Source: Amphiscolops sp. MND2022
Lineage: Eukaryota
DNA length: 64,000 nt
Direction of reading: 5' to 3'
Assembly (NCBI GenBank): GCA_964187785.1
Contig: OZ076409.1
Coordinates: forward strand, 46,378,001 to 46,442,000
Part shown: positions 22,200-34,368 of the stretch, in pieces
Position numbering within the stretch: position 1 is the first letter of the stretch
Layout of the letters: each line of letters starts with the position of its first letter
The notes under the pieces: generated by a model
Told to the model about the DNA's origin: nothing
The model's database searches: none
Seen by the model: the letters and a program-made list of their open reading frames with translations, nothing else
Made by a program: the position numbers and the translations under genes

Positions 22200-24390
22200 G
22201 AAAAATATCCTACCGTAGCTGATAATTGCCTCCAGCTCCAATCTAGAGCCTTTTTCAACGATTTTTGGATTTTTCAACTTTAATCGGAAATTACTCAAGT
22301 GGCTTGTACAAGTGCTGGAAACGTGGTATTGGGCTCAAAATTGGTCATGCGATCACACGTATAGCCAGCTACACTACAGTAACAACCAATGAGAATTCAG
22401 ACCACAGGGCATGATTTAGATCTGATACTGACGTTCCGTATCACCGTGTCTCGATTGACACGATTTTTCACATGCAATCAAAGACTCTCGTCCACAGTGC
22501 TGAGCTCTCGAGCTCACTTTTTCAGCAACGGTGCATCAAATGACACTAATAAGAATAGTCCAGGGCAATGTAATCCCAACTTCCCAATAAGGTGCGCCGA
22601 TAGTTCCAAAAAATGATCCAATTCGTTACAATACACAGGATATCACAACTTCAAGTAACAAAATGCTATGATCCAGCAAGGCAGCCACTCGATACTGATC
22701 AAATTTTACACGCACAGCAATGAACAAACTACTGGAAGTTCAAACTAGGGATTTCTACAGGTTTCCAACACGTAGAAATGATTTTTCTCTCACTTTCCCA
22801 GTTTTCGTCTCGGTGAGACCTCTAACTGACACAATGAATATGCACGTCCGAGAAGCGTCGAAACAAGTTCCAAGGGTCGCAGTGTGCCGAAACCTATACA
22901 GCACTTCCAGATTGATGCACTGACCCAAAAAGTGAGTCCAGAATCGGGGTATTAGGATCCAGTCACAGGTCAGAGGTTTTTCAGATGTTTTTTGGGTTTT
23001 TCAGCTTCACTTGAAAAAAACTCCAGAGGCTAGCGCTAACGCTAGAAACGCAGGATCGGCTTCAAAATCAACCACACAGTCCCACGTAAGTTGAGGTACA
23101 AGGGAAGAATAGCTGATTTGTGCTGAGATGACTAGGTGAAGTTTCAACACAGTACAGACGTTCGGTATCACCGTGTTCCAATATGCAGTGTTCTTCACGT
23201 GTCAACTCATATTCCGGCAAACAGCAAAGAGCTCTCAAGCTCGTTTTTTCGGCAACAATACGATAAACTTGCACTGGTTACGATAGTGGGCAGCAATTTG
23301 GCCCCACTCTTTGAATAAGGTGTTCAGGCAATCCCACAAGACTTCGTAGAATTCGCCTTCTTGCGCACCTTCTTGTGCAGTGTGACTGTGTTTTAGTCAA
23401 TTTCTCAACAGATACAGTACCATTTGACACCAATCTTGGCAGACGCTGTCAGTAGGCACCAATCACGCTGTTAGAGTAGTGAAATAGGCGGTGGTAGGCT
23501 TGCAGGGGGTCTTCTCAAGGATTTGGCCCTCTGCTCGTCTCGGTGAGGACTTAAGAAAATTGATGTTTTTTCAACGTCCAAGATTTTTCAAAACACGTTC
23601 TAAGACTCGTAGGCTGTTCAAATTTGCACAGCGGTTTTCCACAAGCACACTGGGCTAGAAAATTAACCTGGTTTAGGGCAAAAAGTCTCCGGTCACTCAC
23701 AGGAAGAATTTCAGAGAATTTTTGGATTTTCCAAAAATCGCACAACAACTCTCCAGAGGCTCGTGTGTGCACTGGAAGCGCCGTATCCAGCCCAAAACTG
23801 ACCAGCAGATCTTAGGTACACGAAGGTTTACGAAAATGAACACAGAATTGAGCTGCGCCCCTTCTACACAGTTTCACCTAGGTATAGACGTGCGGTACCA
23901 CAATGTACCGAACTACACTGTTTTTCACGTCTTTTTCAAGATTGCGGTCCACTGGAACGAGCTAGCAAGCTCAAATTCTCTGCAGCAACGTAGGAACTAG
24001 CACAGGTTACGATGGTGGGCTGCAATATAGCCCCACCCGTCGGCTAAGGTGCCCGGGTTTCTCGGAAAAATTAGGAAAAAACTGCCTTTTTGCGCACCTT
24101 TTTGGAAGCCACGTTTTTCCTATTTTCTCAACAAGTATCACACAGATCGGCACCAAACTTGGTAGTCTATGCCAGTGGGCACCTACAATGCCACTTATAT
24201 GGTCGAATTGAAGCGCGAGCGCTTATTTGAGGTTTCGACCCACTATGTACGTTGTACACGAAAAAACACTGTTTTTGACGACTTTTTTCACAAATTGACC
24301 AAGAGGATCACCTCAGAAGGTGATACGGCGGGCAAAATGGGACCAACGTGTTGCCCCACTATCCGTAGCACTGGGATAAACCCTCAATTG
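22200..24390. repeat. Three degenerate ~728-bp tandem units in the retrotransposon 5' leader
   Basis: Collinear anchors at 727-730 bp spacing: GACGT.CGGTA/CCGTA (22430, 23157, 23887), TTTGG.TTTT (22267, 22994, 23724), AAGGTG (22589, 23317, 24046), GGTTACGAT.GTGGGC (23276, 24005). Confidence 0.8.
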
Positions 24391-25934
24391 GTCGTGCCCG
24401 TTATGTATAAGGAACTGACAGTCCTGCAGTTTTGGATTTTTTCGGTCCTCTGACGCTTCTCTGAAGTCGAAACGTCAGAGAGCTTTTCTCAACTTTGGCG
24501 ACCGATACGCTCACCAAATTTTCGGCACTAACGTTAATTTTGGTGGTAGTTACGAAAATACAACCACTTTTTGGCTAGGGTTCAGGAATCGATGACCCGA
24601 CCCTAGCTCAGAGACAGTCCGGTTTTGTGGAAAATTGATCAATTTCAGTGCGTTTTTCCACTTTTCTCAGCACTGAATGGGAGTTTTTACACGCGGTTTT
24701 CACCACCACGCGTTATTTTTGCTATAAAAACAGAAAATGAGAGCGCGCGTGCTCCCAGGTCTCGAAAACACTGAGTGCCCCAGAGGTTTTAATGATGCAC
24801 TCTGGCACTCCTGAAACTGGCCAAAAATCAAGGTTTTTCGACCTGTTCTCACCAAGAAAACGTTACAAAATCTCTTAAATCCTATTTTCGGTACTGTGGA
24901 GTGTGCCCCAAACTAATAGCAGCACGGACGAGGCAATTACATTACAATCCAGCACTCTCCCAGTGCCATTTAATAGTGGTTTTTTGCCAATTTCTCCAAA
25001 AACCGGGTTTTTTCATGCAAAATGTGTCTCAAAAAGGTCTCCAACGGCCTTTCTGGTTGTCGTTACATTATGTAGCAAAACCCTCAAGGTTTTGGGCTGC
25101 TTTCTATTCATTTTTGCAACTGCTGTGGCTGATACTTCGAGCGCTCGCGCTCGTACCAAGAAAAGTACTCAAAAATGCCAAAAATCACGTTTTTGCGACT
25201 TTTGCACTAAAAATCGCACTTTTTTCACTGAAAACAGGTGCAAAAGCACACACTCAGTTGCAACAGGGTAAAACTAGCATGCACAATTGATTCCCTGTCA
25301 AAAAATACACAATCTAAAAATTTTTTCATACCATACTCCAAAAAACCGATTCTTGCGGAATGAGGGGTGGTACCTTCGCCGTCTTTTTTCTCAACAACCA
25401 GACCAGCCAGGGAGAAACGGTTTGGACCGTCGGCAACGTCAGTGTTTGTTCTAGCTTTCCACCAAAAACCATGCTTCTAGCACGTCTCCACGGGAAATGG
25501 GAAAGGAGAGTCGGGAACACTCGTTTCAGCTCATCTCAACACTGATAGGCTATCGGTCAGATGGAACATGGCGCATCCATCAACTGAATACCTCGTACAT
25601 AGCCAAAAACGCTGAAATGAGCTGTAAAACACCTGTTACAACATGCGTAACGGCTTTCTAGCGGTTCGCTAAGCCATTACAAAGGTACCCGCTGATGGGA
25701 ACGTGCAATTTTAGACGATACCTGTCAACAAATACCTGTTATCAAAACATACCAAAGGTTATCGGAAAAATCCCCCGAAAGACTGGAAAAACACCAAAAT
25801 ACAACGTCATAACATCTAAAAAATTTGGAAAAACTCTGGGTAAACGTCTCTTTCCAGAGTCCAATCGTTCTTGGCGTCCAATACCAGGGGGTCGGAAATT
25901 TCAAAACCATAATATAGGGCAGTAATCGGAAGCG

Positions 25935-25952
25935 ATCCCTCTGTGGTCGCCA
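25935..25952 (-). promoter_or_regulatory. Primer-binding site, tRNA-Arg(TCG)-like
   Basis: Minus strand TGGCGACCACAGAGGGAT resembles the complement of the animal tRNA-Arg(TCG) 3' end (TGGCGACCACGAAGGGAC, from memory). It lies 15 nt from the LTR. Confidence 0.7.
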
Positions 25953-25967
25953 AAAAATGAGGTCTCA

Positions 25968-26743
25968 TGTAACGGCAAGCTGTTATCGGTCGCTTAACAC
26001 GTTAACAGAGGTGGAGGAACCTGCAGGAATGGGTGAATCGCTCGGGACAGGCGCCCATCGCCACAGATCCATTTTGCCTCCAGGGGTGAAATACGTCCCG
26101 GGGCCGCGGGTGCTTCGACGAATACTGTCCAACCGGTCCTAGTCTTTGATTGCTAATAGTAACGGGCATCTTTCTGGCTTTCTAAAGACCACCGCTTAAC
26201 CTGCATATAAAAAAAACAATGCCAAGAATAAGGTAAATTTCCAGTTCCAGGGTGACATGTGAATAAGATCTAAAATTGGGGAATAAGGTCTAAACTAGCG
26301 CTAGCGCTACTGAATACAGCCAAAATCACTGAAAATACATGAAAACAGGCACGAATATGGCAAACCACACAGCTAAAAAGCTGGGGCGCAGGGGCTCCAA
26401 GCACCAAACAAGGATCTTTAGGCGGAAAGACTCATTTTTACGGTTTCCGCTACATAGGGTAGCATAATGCAAAAAATCGATAAAACCGGTGTTAGCACCT
26501 CAAAAAGAGTCTTTTTTCGGATGTTCTCGCCGTCTCTGGCTTCTGTCATGGCGGCGCGCCCGTGTTTTTGCTCGTTCTTGCTCTTTGTTGTCGAAGTACC
26601 TGCCAATTTCGTGGAAACAGCGAAAAGAGCAATCACATGCTCAGTGCCACGTCACACATCGGATTAGAATTTTTGACAAAATTTCTGAACATGTCAAAGT
26701 TGCAAAATTGGTTGATATTGCTGTACCAGAGCTTGCCGTTACA
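25968..26743 (-). repeat. 5' LTR (776 bp)
   Basis: Direct repeat of 10819-11584 with the same 14-bp terminal inverted repeats; adjacent to the PBS. Confidence 0.97.
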
Positions 26744-28684
26744 AAAACTCGACTTATATGAGTTGTGACTCGGATTATAGATAGGTCTTACTAGGGATAT
26801 CTAGCGTCCTGCTTTCGCCACTCAGCTATTCAGTCGACACTGATGAGTGGAATCATCCGAGTTTTTTCTTTTGGAACTGTCGTTTCCAAGCGTTTTCCTG
26901 ATTACAATCAATTGTGAAAAAATTATTCCAATGAATTCTGCTCACACTCAACATATGAAAAACAAGAAAAATATCAGCAAGCTGTTTCCGTCCGTTTTCA
27001 GCAGCGAGACTGAAGTTCGTAATCCTGTGCTGTAGTTCTGTTTTGGTAACTTTTTTTCCGCCTATATTCCGTATGAGAAAAAGAACAACTTCAACTGCGT
27101 TTTTTTCAACATTTGCCTTTTTCCAATTTTATATCCATAAAATGAATATGCGTTTGTAGAGCTGTTTGAATTTTTGTGGGGAAAACTGTCCCAAAATGTC
27201 CTCGACAAAACCGACAGCATGTTGTCGTTGGTATGAATATCCCCAGAGTGTAACCACAACACAACCAGCTACTTAACATACTGTTGTGCAAAATTGTATC
27301 ACAACTCCCTCAAAAAGTGTCAAACACTGCTATGCTCAAGCATTTAAAAATATGTTGTCGCCATAGTATTTTGGAGCGAAATCTATTAACTGTTTTAAAT
27401 ACCATTTTTATTTCAAGCGGGGCATGTATTTCGGTCGCCGTAGCTTTTGGTTCGTCAGTTTTCAAAACTGATCAAAACGCCAAAGTTGGATGAATTCTCA
27501 GATGTTGGTTTTATTGAGTACTTTGTGAATATAAATGTTGGAGGTTGTGAGTACCAAAACACAGTTAAAAGTATCAAATTGTATGAAGTTTTCCGAAGTT
27601 GTCTAAACTTTTGACCATGTTTCTCGATTCACGTACCGATTGGATTTTAGGAGTCTGATTTAAAGCAATATACGCTGAAGAATGTACGAACAGATTCAAT
27701 TGACAATTCTGTCAAATGTGCAAGTGATCGCAATTTTGGGCAGTTCTTCCAAACACCCTTCTCTTCGCTCATTCCACAAGCTAAATTTAAGGAATGTTTT
27801 GTTTTGCAGTCTAGGTGCTAAATCATAACGAATCCGTTTTTTTCGTCGTTGAATTCTCTTAGAGTACAATTAGAGTAAGGCAAGTTTTTTGAATAAAAAA
27901 ATGTGGTTGAGAGATTATTTGCAAAATAAGTATAACAAGGATGAGTCCTGGATGACATTAGCTGCTCAGTAAAACTTATTTTAGAAATTAACTCTGAGGC
28001 ACAGCGATTTTCATTCAGTGCTTGTAAATAGAATTTATATGCGTATCAACCGATAGTATCTGAAAACTGCTTATTCTATGTCCATCCCGCGGAAATAGGA
28101 AATATCGTTTCTCCTTGATTTTCTTTATGAAAATTGTCGCAGCTTTTGGTTTTCTTTCAGATAGCACATTCCTAAAAGATGAATTTTAAGTTTTTTTTCA
28201 ATCTATGAAATTTACTAATCAAAATTTTCTACAGGAAGAGTTTCTAGCTCTCTCAGACTTTTGAAATAGTCGCCAACGCTTAAAACTGGGCGCCCAATAT
28301 TCTAACATGACTTCCCATAAGGCAGAAAACATAATTATTAGATACCATAAACACTTAAGCTTAAAAAATGCACTTGAAGATTCCTTTTTACGCGTTGCAA
28401 AGCGAACCTATCAGTCAACTGTGATCATCTTAGTTTCTGTAGTTTGTAACTTTTGTTTATCTTAGTCTACTGCCACTTACATCTTGCACTTGTTGTCTTG
28501 AACAATAACAACAAGCATATTTATTACAAACTTGTAAGAATAGCCAGCGGTCCCTTTCCCGGGTCTACATTTCAAAGCGGCTGTTTCACTGGCTCCTACT
28601 CGAGCTTAAAGACCTTCTTGAATGAACAGAGGTTGCATAAATCACAAACATCAGTTGAGTTTGATGATATTCAGTCGAGAGTGT

Positions 28685-28704
28685 GAGAGAGAGAGAGAGA
28701 GAGA
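28685..28704. repeat. (GA)10 microsatellite
   Basis: Directly visible. Confidence 0.95.
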
Positions 28705-31700
28705 TCCAATGTTGGGGAGCCGATGGAAGTTCCTTCCCTAGGAATTTCAGCTACTCGGTTGGCAAGTGTTTACTTAGCAGAAGCGCCGCAGGAGATTAGC
28801 AGAGAGACTCTCTCACCGCCACCCTCTTCCATTAAAACAAATATTTATCTTGTCACTCAATCACTGCTCGAGTCGGCGACGGCAGCCGCGGTTGCTTCAG
28901 CTTTAAACGCACGGCACATTCTAACAATGCCAACTTCTACCGAGGAGCTAAAACAAAGGAAAGAGAAGAAGGAAACAAATCAAAGAAAAATGGCTTTGCA
29001 TACGAACTTTACTTGAAAAGAAAAGCTTTTGCCATGGTTGAGGTTAATGAAAAGCTGTAATAATGGCTAGTAGCCATTGGCTACTTTTGTCGCGAAGGAG
29101 AATTGGTTTAATGCAAAAATGGACATGTAGTTTATAAAACAATAGCATAGAAAATCGCCCAATGTTTCAACAGATTGGAAAAAAGTTGCGACTGAAATTT
29201 CCAGGGTCTAATTATTTAGGATCGAATTTTACAGGGCACTATAGCAATGGTATAATATGAACGAAATTTTCACTTCTTTCGATCCTAGATAAAATCGATC
29301 CATATCAGGTCACAATTCGATCCTAGATAATTTTGCACCTTTTTCGATCCTACATAATTCGACTCTGCACAGCAATCCCACGTTCCTAGTCTAGAAAAAC
29401 AGTTTAGCTAAAATTCAATAATTATCATCGAATAGCACCAGACGATCGATTTCGTATTCCTATTCTTTCGTGCGATGCTCCTCTCGGGATCACACACACC
29501 ATTCCAGGTCTAGCTGAGACCTAATTAAGCGATTCAGCTATTCTTCTGAATAGGCAAATTGTGCAATTTTCTGTATTAGGTAGACGTTACAACGTTTTGA
29601 TTTTCAGATAAGCTCTAATCCTCATAATTTAACGAAACGCGGTCGATGTCATAATTAAGCAGCTACGTAAAACTTTTGCGACTTGAAAATGGTATTTGAA
29701 ATGACAGGAAAACGTCAAGGAAAATCGATAAAATTCGAATGAAAAATGTTTAAATCTTTTCTGCCTGAAAGGAGGAATGCTTGTTTTCGAATGAGAAAGA
29801 GAACAACTTCTACAAAATGTTTTCTCTGACTACTCTGTCTTTGACTTTATCTTCTGCTCTTCTGGTCGATGCATTCGTTCTTCTTCATCGAAGAAACATC
29901 GGCCATTTCATCAATAGTTGCAGATTGGGGCGCGAACAAGGGCGCAAACAAGAGAGTAGTATTACTCATTTGGCTTCCTTATTGGATGTTTTTTTTTCAT
30001 TTTCTAAAAATTATTTGTCAATCAATTCTGTACGAATCATGTCCAATGAAAACAAATGTTATGATATGTTGTGATGATTGGACCTAGATATTTTGGAAAG
30101 GAGCAAGTTTTGAGTTTATTGATGGGTGGAAATGAGAGAAAATGAAGCGATGGGTGCATGTTTCGAGCACTTTTATGTGGCTCCCATATGAATCGCTACG
30201 TGTGATCTGGGCTTTTGTTTCAGTGACTGCAATTTGAAACAAGCTGCAGGGCGAATCAATAATTGTATAGCAGCAAAATAAATGAAACTAATCATATTTT
30301 ACAACAGAGGCCCACAAAATTTAGCAGTGAGGATAGTTTTGTGATTGGAAACAGTGATCTGCAATAAAATTTGGAAAATGATAAAGTTGCATAAAAATTA
30401 GTCACTCCTCTAGGTTGCTGGAAGCCAATGTTACGTCGGACTAGCTAAGCACTTGCCAGCCTTGAAGTAACTGCTTAAATGCCCTCCTATGGCTACATTT
30501 GGTTAAGGATTAGCCCAATTTTTCACTCTCTCCCATTGCGACATGACATGTGGCGGGGATTGAAAGTTTCCGAGGGTGGCTTCAGCAATAGGCAAATGTG
30601 ATAATCCCGGGACCCGCTCTTGTCGCAATTAGAAACATGTATCTTTTTATATTTGTTCAAGGCTTTCCGGGCAATCTTTGCTTGAAAGGCGTGCCATAAG
30701 TGCTGCACATTGAGACGGAAGCGGCTTATTGTTGGATTTAAAGCAGCAGCTAAAATCATAAGTCTCCTATGACACGTAATTTGCAACATTCTTTTTTTTC
30801 AACCGGTCCGACGGCTGAATTGAGCAAGAGGATTTCGAGCACGCGTTGAATGAGTTTGTCGGTGAGCCCAAAGCGAGCGTGCTGGATAAAGTTTTCAAAG
30901 AATACACAATGTTTCAATAAACTAGAATTACCTAATTCAGCCGGAGTTGATAAGTTTCGATTATTTATTCAAGATTACTTGTTTCCGTAAACTCACCGCT
31001 TGCAGAACGGCAAACTGGAAATTAAGCAATATTCGGCTAGTTAAAATATTAAACGGGCTTAACAGGAATTAAGAGAAGCAAAAAATGGCGGTCTTCTCAT
31101 TTCTAAACCCAAACAAACTTCATTTGTTAATGAAGGAGTCGTGAAAATTATCAGTTGAGACCAGATTTGAGCCTTTAGAAGTGTCTTCTGTTGGATTACG
31201 AACAAATTGCAGTAAAAACGCGTTCACTTCTTTGAAGTTAATCAACTGCACGATAAGTTAAGCGGTCAGTATATTTCAATTAGGAAAATTGGATTCTTAA
31301 TAATGAAATAATCCAAACTGGATAGCCCGGATATTCCCAATTCAAATCCAGACAATTGATTTGATAAACAGCGTCCAGGGCTTCCCAATAAATAATTATT
31401 GAAAAAAATTGTCAATAAATAAATTAAAATAATTTATTTTTCGACAATTCCAATAACAATTATTGTCGAAAAGCGCAAAATTATTGCAAGATAGAAAACA
31501 ATAATTGCTGGAAGTTAAAGATAATCATTTTTCTATATATTACGTTAAATGTCTTTATGTAAGTTATGCCTTTATGTTAGTCCGGGCGGTTTTTGCAGAT
31601 TACCAAAAAAGTTTGTCCCCGGTTTGTTTGGAGTCTCAAATTTTCTTGAAATACAACAAGAACTGTTGGGACATTTAAACTGTTGCCCTGCTTTGAGCTC

Positions 31701-32004
31701 TTATCGAAAATTGTACAATATTGATATTTTGTGTCAATACTTGATATTTTGTGTCAATAATTGTAATTTTTGTCTAATAATAATTATAGTTATAATTATT
31801 TTTCCTCAATAACTATTGAGCTGCAGCAGTTTTTTTTCAGCATGTTTTTTTCATATTTACAATTATTGTCCGCTTTGGGCGTAATAACCTTGGGCGTAAT
31901 GCCAGGCATCGAAATTACAGTATTACCTTTGAAATAGGATTTCTTTGATCTCAAAGCATATGGTTTATTATTAATGGAATATCAGGTTTTTAATATCCAT
32001 ATTA

Positions 32005-33378
32005 CACCTTTTGTGATTCAAATAGAACATTGTGAACATTCGAATAGAACAATTGGAGATTCAAATTGAACACAAAAAAATTCCATGCCTAGCGGAAGTT
32101 CAAATAGAACAGCGGAAATTTAAATTCAACAAAAAAAATTTATATAAACAACGGGTATAAATACTTGATATAAGTCCTTAACATCAACTGAAATCACAAG
32201 TTTCCATGATGTCCTCCATCTGGAGACACCTAGCATAATAGGTAACGTTGTGGTTTTCCCACGCAACACACTTGTCGGTTGTAATCGGTCTGCTGCTTTC
32301 ATCAATAAGGGCCTTCAACTGGTTAAGTCGAAATGCAGATAAAGTAGCTTCCCCTCTTCCATGGCCATCTGGATTGATGAAGATATCTTGGTTGGCAGAT
32401 AGAAGGTTTTTAAGCTCTGCTTTCCAAGAAGAGAAAACACATTCGATTGGGTTGAGCATAGGTGAGTATTTTGGAATACGTCTCATGGGCAGAGTATGAG
32501 AGTATAAGCTATCATCCAGGTTGTGGTGACTGGGCGTATTGTCGAACAGCATTTGGACGTCGGGATTTGAACCATATTCAGCAATTACATTCGCACTGAC
32601 TTCCATAAGAAACTGACAGAACATGCCTCTCTTCATCCCGCACGGCAAAACGATGTAGTGCATCAAACCGTGGCGGGAGCTGATAGCGGCGCAAACGGTA
32701 ACGTTGCTGCCAGATTGGGTCGAAGCCAGTCGAAATGATCGTTGTCCTTTTCTTGATCGGCCAAAATTGCGTTTGGTGCGGATGTTGCATCCAAATTCGT
32801 CGATGTAAATTTTTAATGAATTTACGACTTCCACACTCATCATCCATTCAATGTGTTGTTTTCGGTCGACTTTTGTCTCTGAGCTATTTTGTTGAGCTGG
32901 AGAATCGCGACTCAGCTTCAGTGTAAACGCCAAGCATAAAGTTTTGTCACAAATTTCTGGCTTGTTTGGATACCGTCTTCGAAGCTTTTTATTGAGGTTT
33001 GAAATTGTGACAAGCGGATTGTCTTCCATAATTTCGAGAATAAAATCCAGTACAGAACTATCAACTTTTTTGTAAGTTTTCCGCCCCGCTTTTTCTCTAC
33101 AACCTCTCTTGTACGCACAATATTGTACGCTGTTGTCCTGTTTATATTAAGTTGCGTTGCTAAATTCAAGAAATCACCTCCATTTCGGTAAACTTCTTTA
33201 AGTCTTTCTTTATCAAGACGAGAAATTGTGTTGTAGGCTTGACGAGGCATTGAAAAATTTGTTAAAATAAACGTATCTATTTAGAACAAATTAGGAGAGA
33301 AACGATTAAAAACGGATGTTCAATTTGAATTTCCGCTGTTCTATTTGAACTTCCGCTAGGCATGAATTACAAAAGGTG
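32005..33378 (-). mobile_element. Tc1/mariner-IS630 superfamily transposon (1374 bp)
   Basis: TA|CACCTTTTGTGATTCA ... TGAATTACAAAAGGTG|TA, plus a ~48-bp inner inverted repeat at 32084-32131 / 33317-33364. Confidence 0.9.
32184..33250 (-). pseudogene. Frameshifted Tc1/IS630-like transposase
   Basis: HTH region (LATQLNINRTTAYNIV, KRGG) in ORF 32918-33250 and DDE core (IYIDE, FDNTPSHH, YSPMLNPIE) in ORF 32184-33029; frameshift near 33065. Confidence 0.9.
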
Positions 33379-33468
33379 TAAATGCTTTGATTCTGAGAAA
33401 AAACACAATCGAAGAAAGGAGCCAAAATTCTAAAAACTTTATTCAGTTTTAATACAACTATTAACAGA

Positions 33469-34175
33469 AACAAGCCGGGACCGGCCCAAGTCGGCGCCAT
33501 ATCCAAGGCTCAAAAATAGCAAAAGGACTTCCAAGAGTCAATTTACAGTACTTTACTAAATCGAAAAAGCAAAAAAATGGACGGAGTGGTGCGCCGGGGC
33601 ACGCTAGCGCGAGCCCCTGGCGCGCTAAAAGGGGGACACTTCCGATATTGTCAACATTTTTGTCGCAGTTGAAGGTGGGACCCTTTGGAGAAAAAACAAA
33701 TTTTCGAAAAAAAGTCTCACAATGCCGAAAAACTGAAAATGGACCCTTTGGATTTTTTCAACACTCATTCTGTCTCAAAACATCAAAAAATTGAAGGGGG
33801 AAAATTTTTATTTTCGGAAACAAATCTCACAGTGCCGGACAAAAACTGAAAGGGGGACCCTTAGGATTTTCCAACATCCATTCTGACGCAAAACAGCAAA
33901 AAAAGTGAAGGGGGGCCCTTTGGGGAAAAATCATCTGAAAAAAAGTCTCGCAGTGCCGAGAAAAATTAAAAAGGGGACCCTTTTGTCTCGCCCGGTATGG
34001 TATGTTACGGGGAAAAACAGGAAAAACTTTTTTGGTTCAGTTCGCTAGGCCAAATGGTGCAATTTGGTGCAATAATATTTTGTAGATTTTTTAAGAACTA
34101 TTTTGGTCAGTTCCTGTGGATAGACAAGAAGAGTCACTATAATAGTCGCGTTTCACTCCATGAAGCGCCGACTAA
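33469..34175 (-). mobile_element. Non-autonomous Helentron-like element
   Basis: AACAAGCCGGGACCGGC hairpin, then AGTCGGCGC ... GCGCCGACTAA; internal GGGGACCCTTT subrepeats. Confidence 0.7.
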
Positions 34176-34368
34176 AAATTAAAGACACAAAATTTTAAGA
34201 TGCACCCGATCAAGTTAGAATGACTATTCGTATATACCAAATCCAATCTTTGTTGAGCTACTGATCACAACAGTGATGACGACAATTTTAAATCATATAT
34301 ATGATCATTTATATGATCTGTTATACTTTGATATAAATAAGCGAAATCATTTATATAGAAAATAATTT

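Larger units (their letters stand above)
10819..26743 (-). mobile_element. Full-length Ty3/Gypsy LTR retrotransposon (15,925 bp), probably disabled
   Basis: Two near-identical TG...CA LTRs, PBS, PPT and gag-PR-RT-RNaseH-IN order on the minus strand. Confidence 0.97.

Noticed and set aside
26029..26130. HDV-like or hammerhead ribozyme in the LTR
   Set aside because: No P3/L3 between the paired segments and no CTGANGA/GAAA core; kept only as an unclassified structure.
29200..29365. Short TCGATCCTAGATAA repeats with one inverted copy
   Set aside because: Probably a TE subterminal remnant; no partner end identified.
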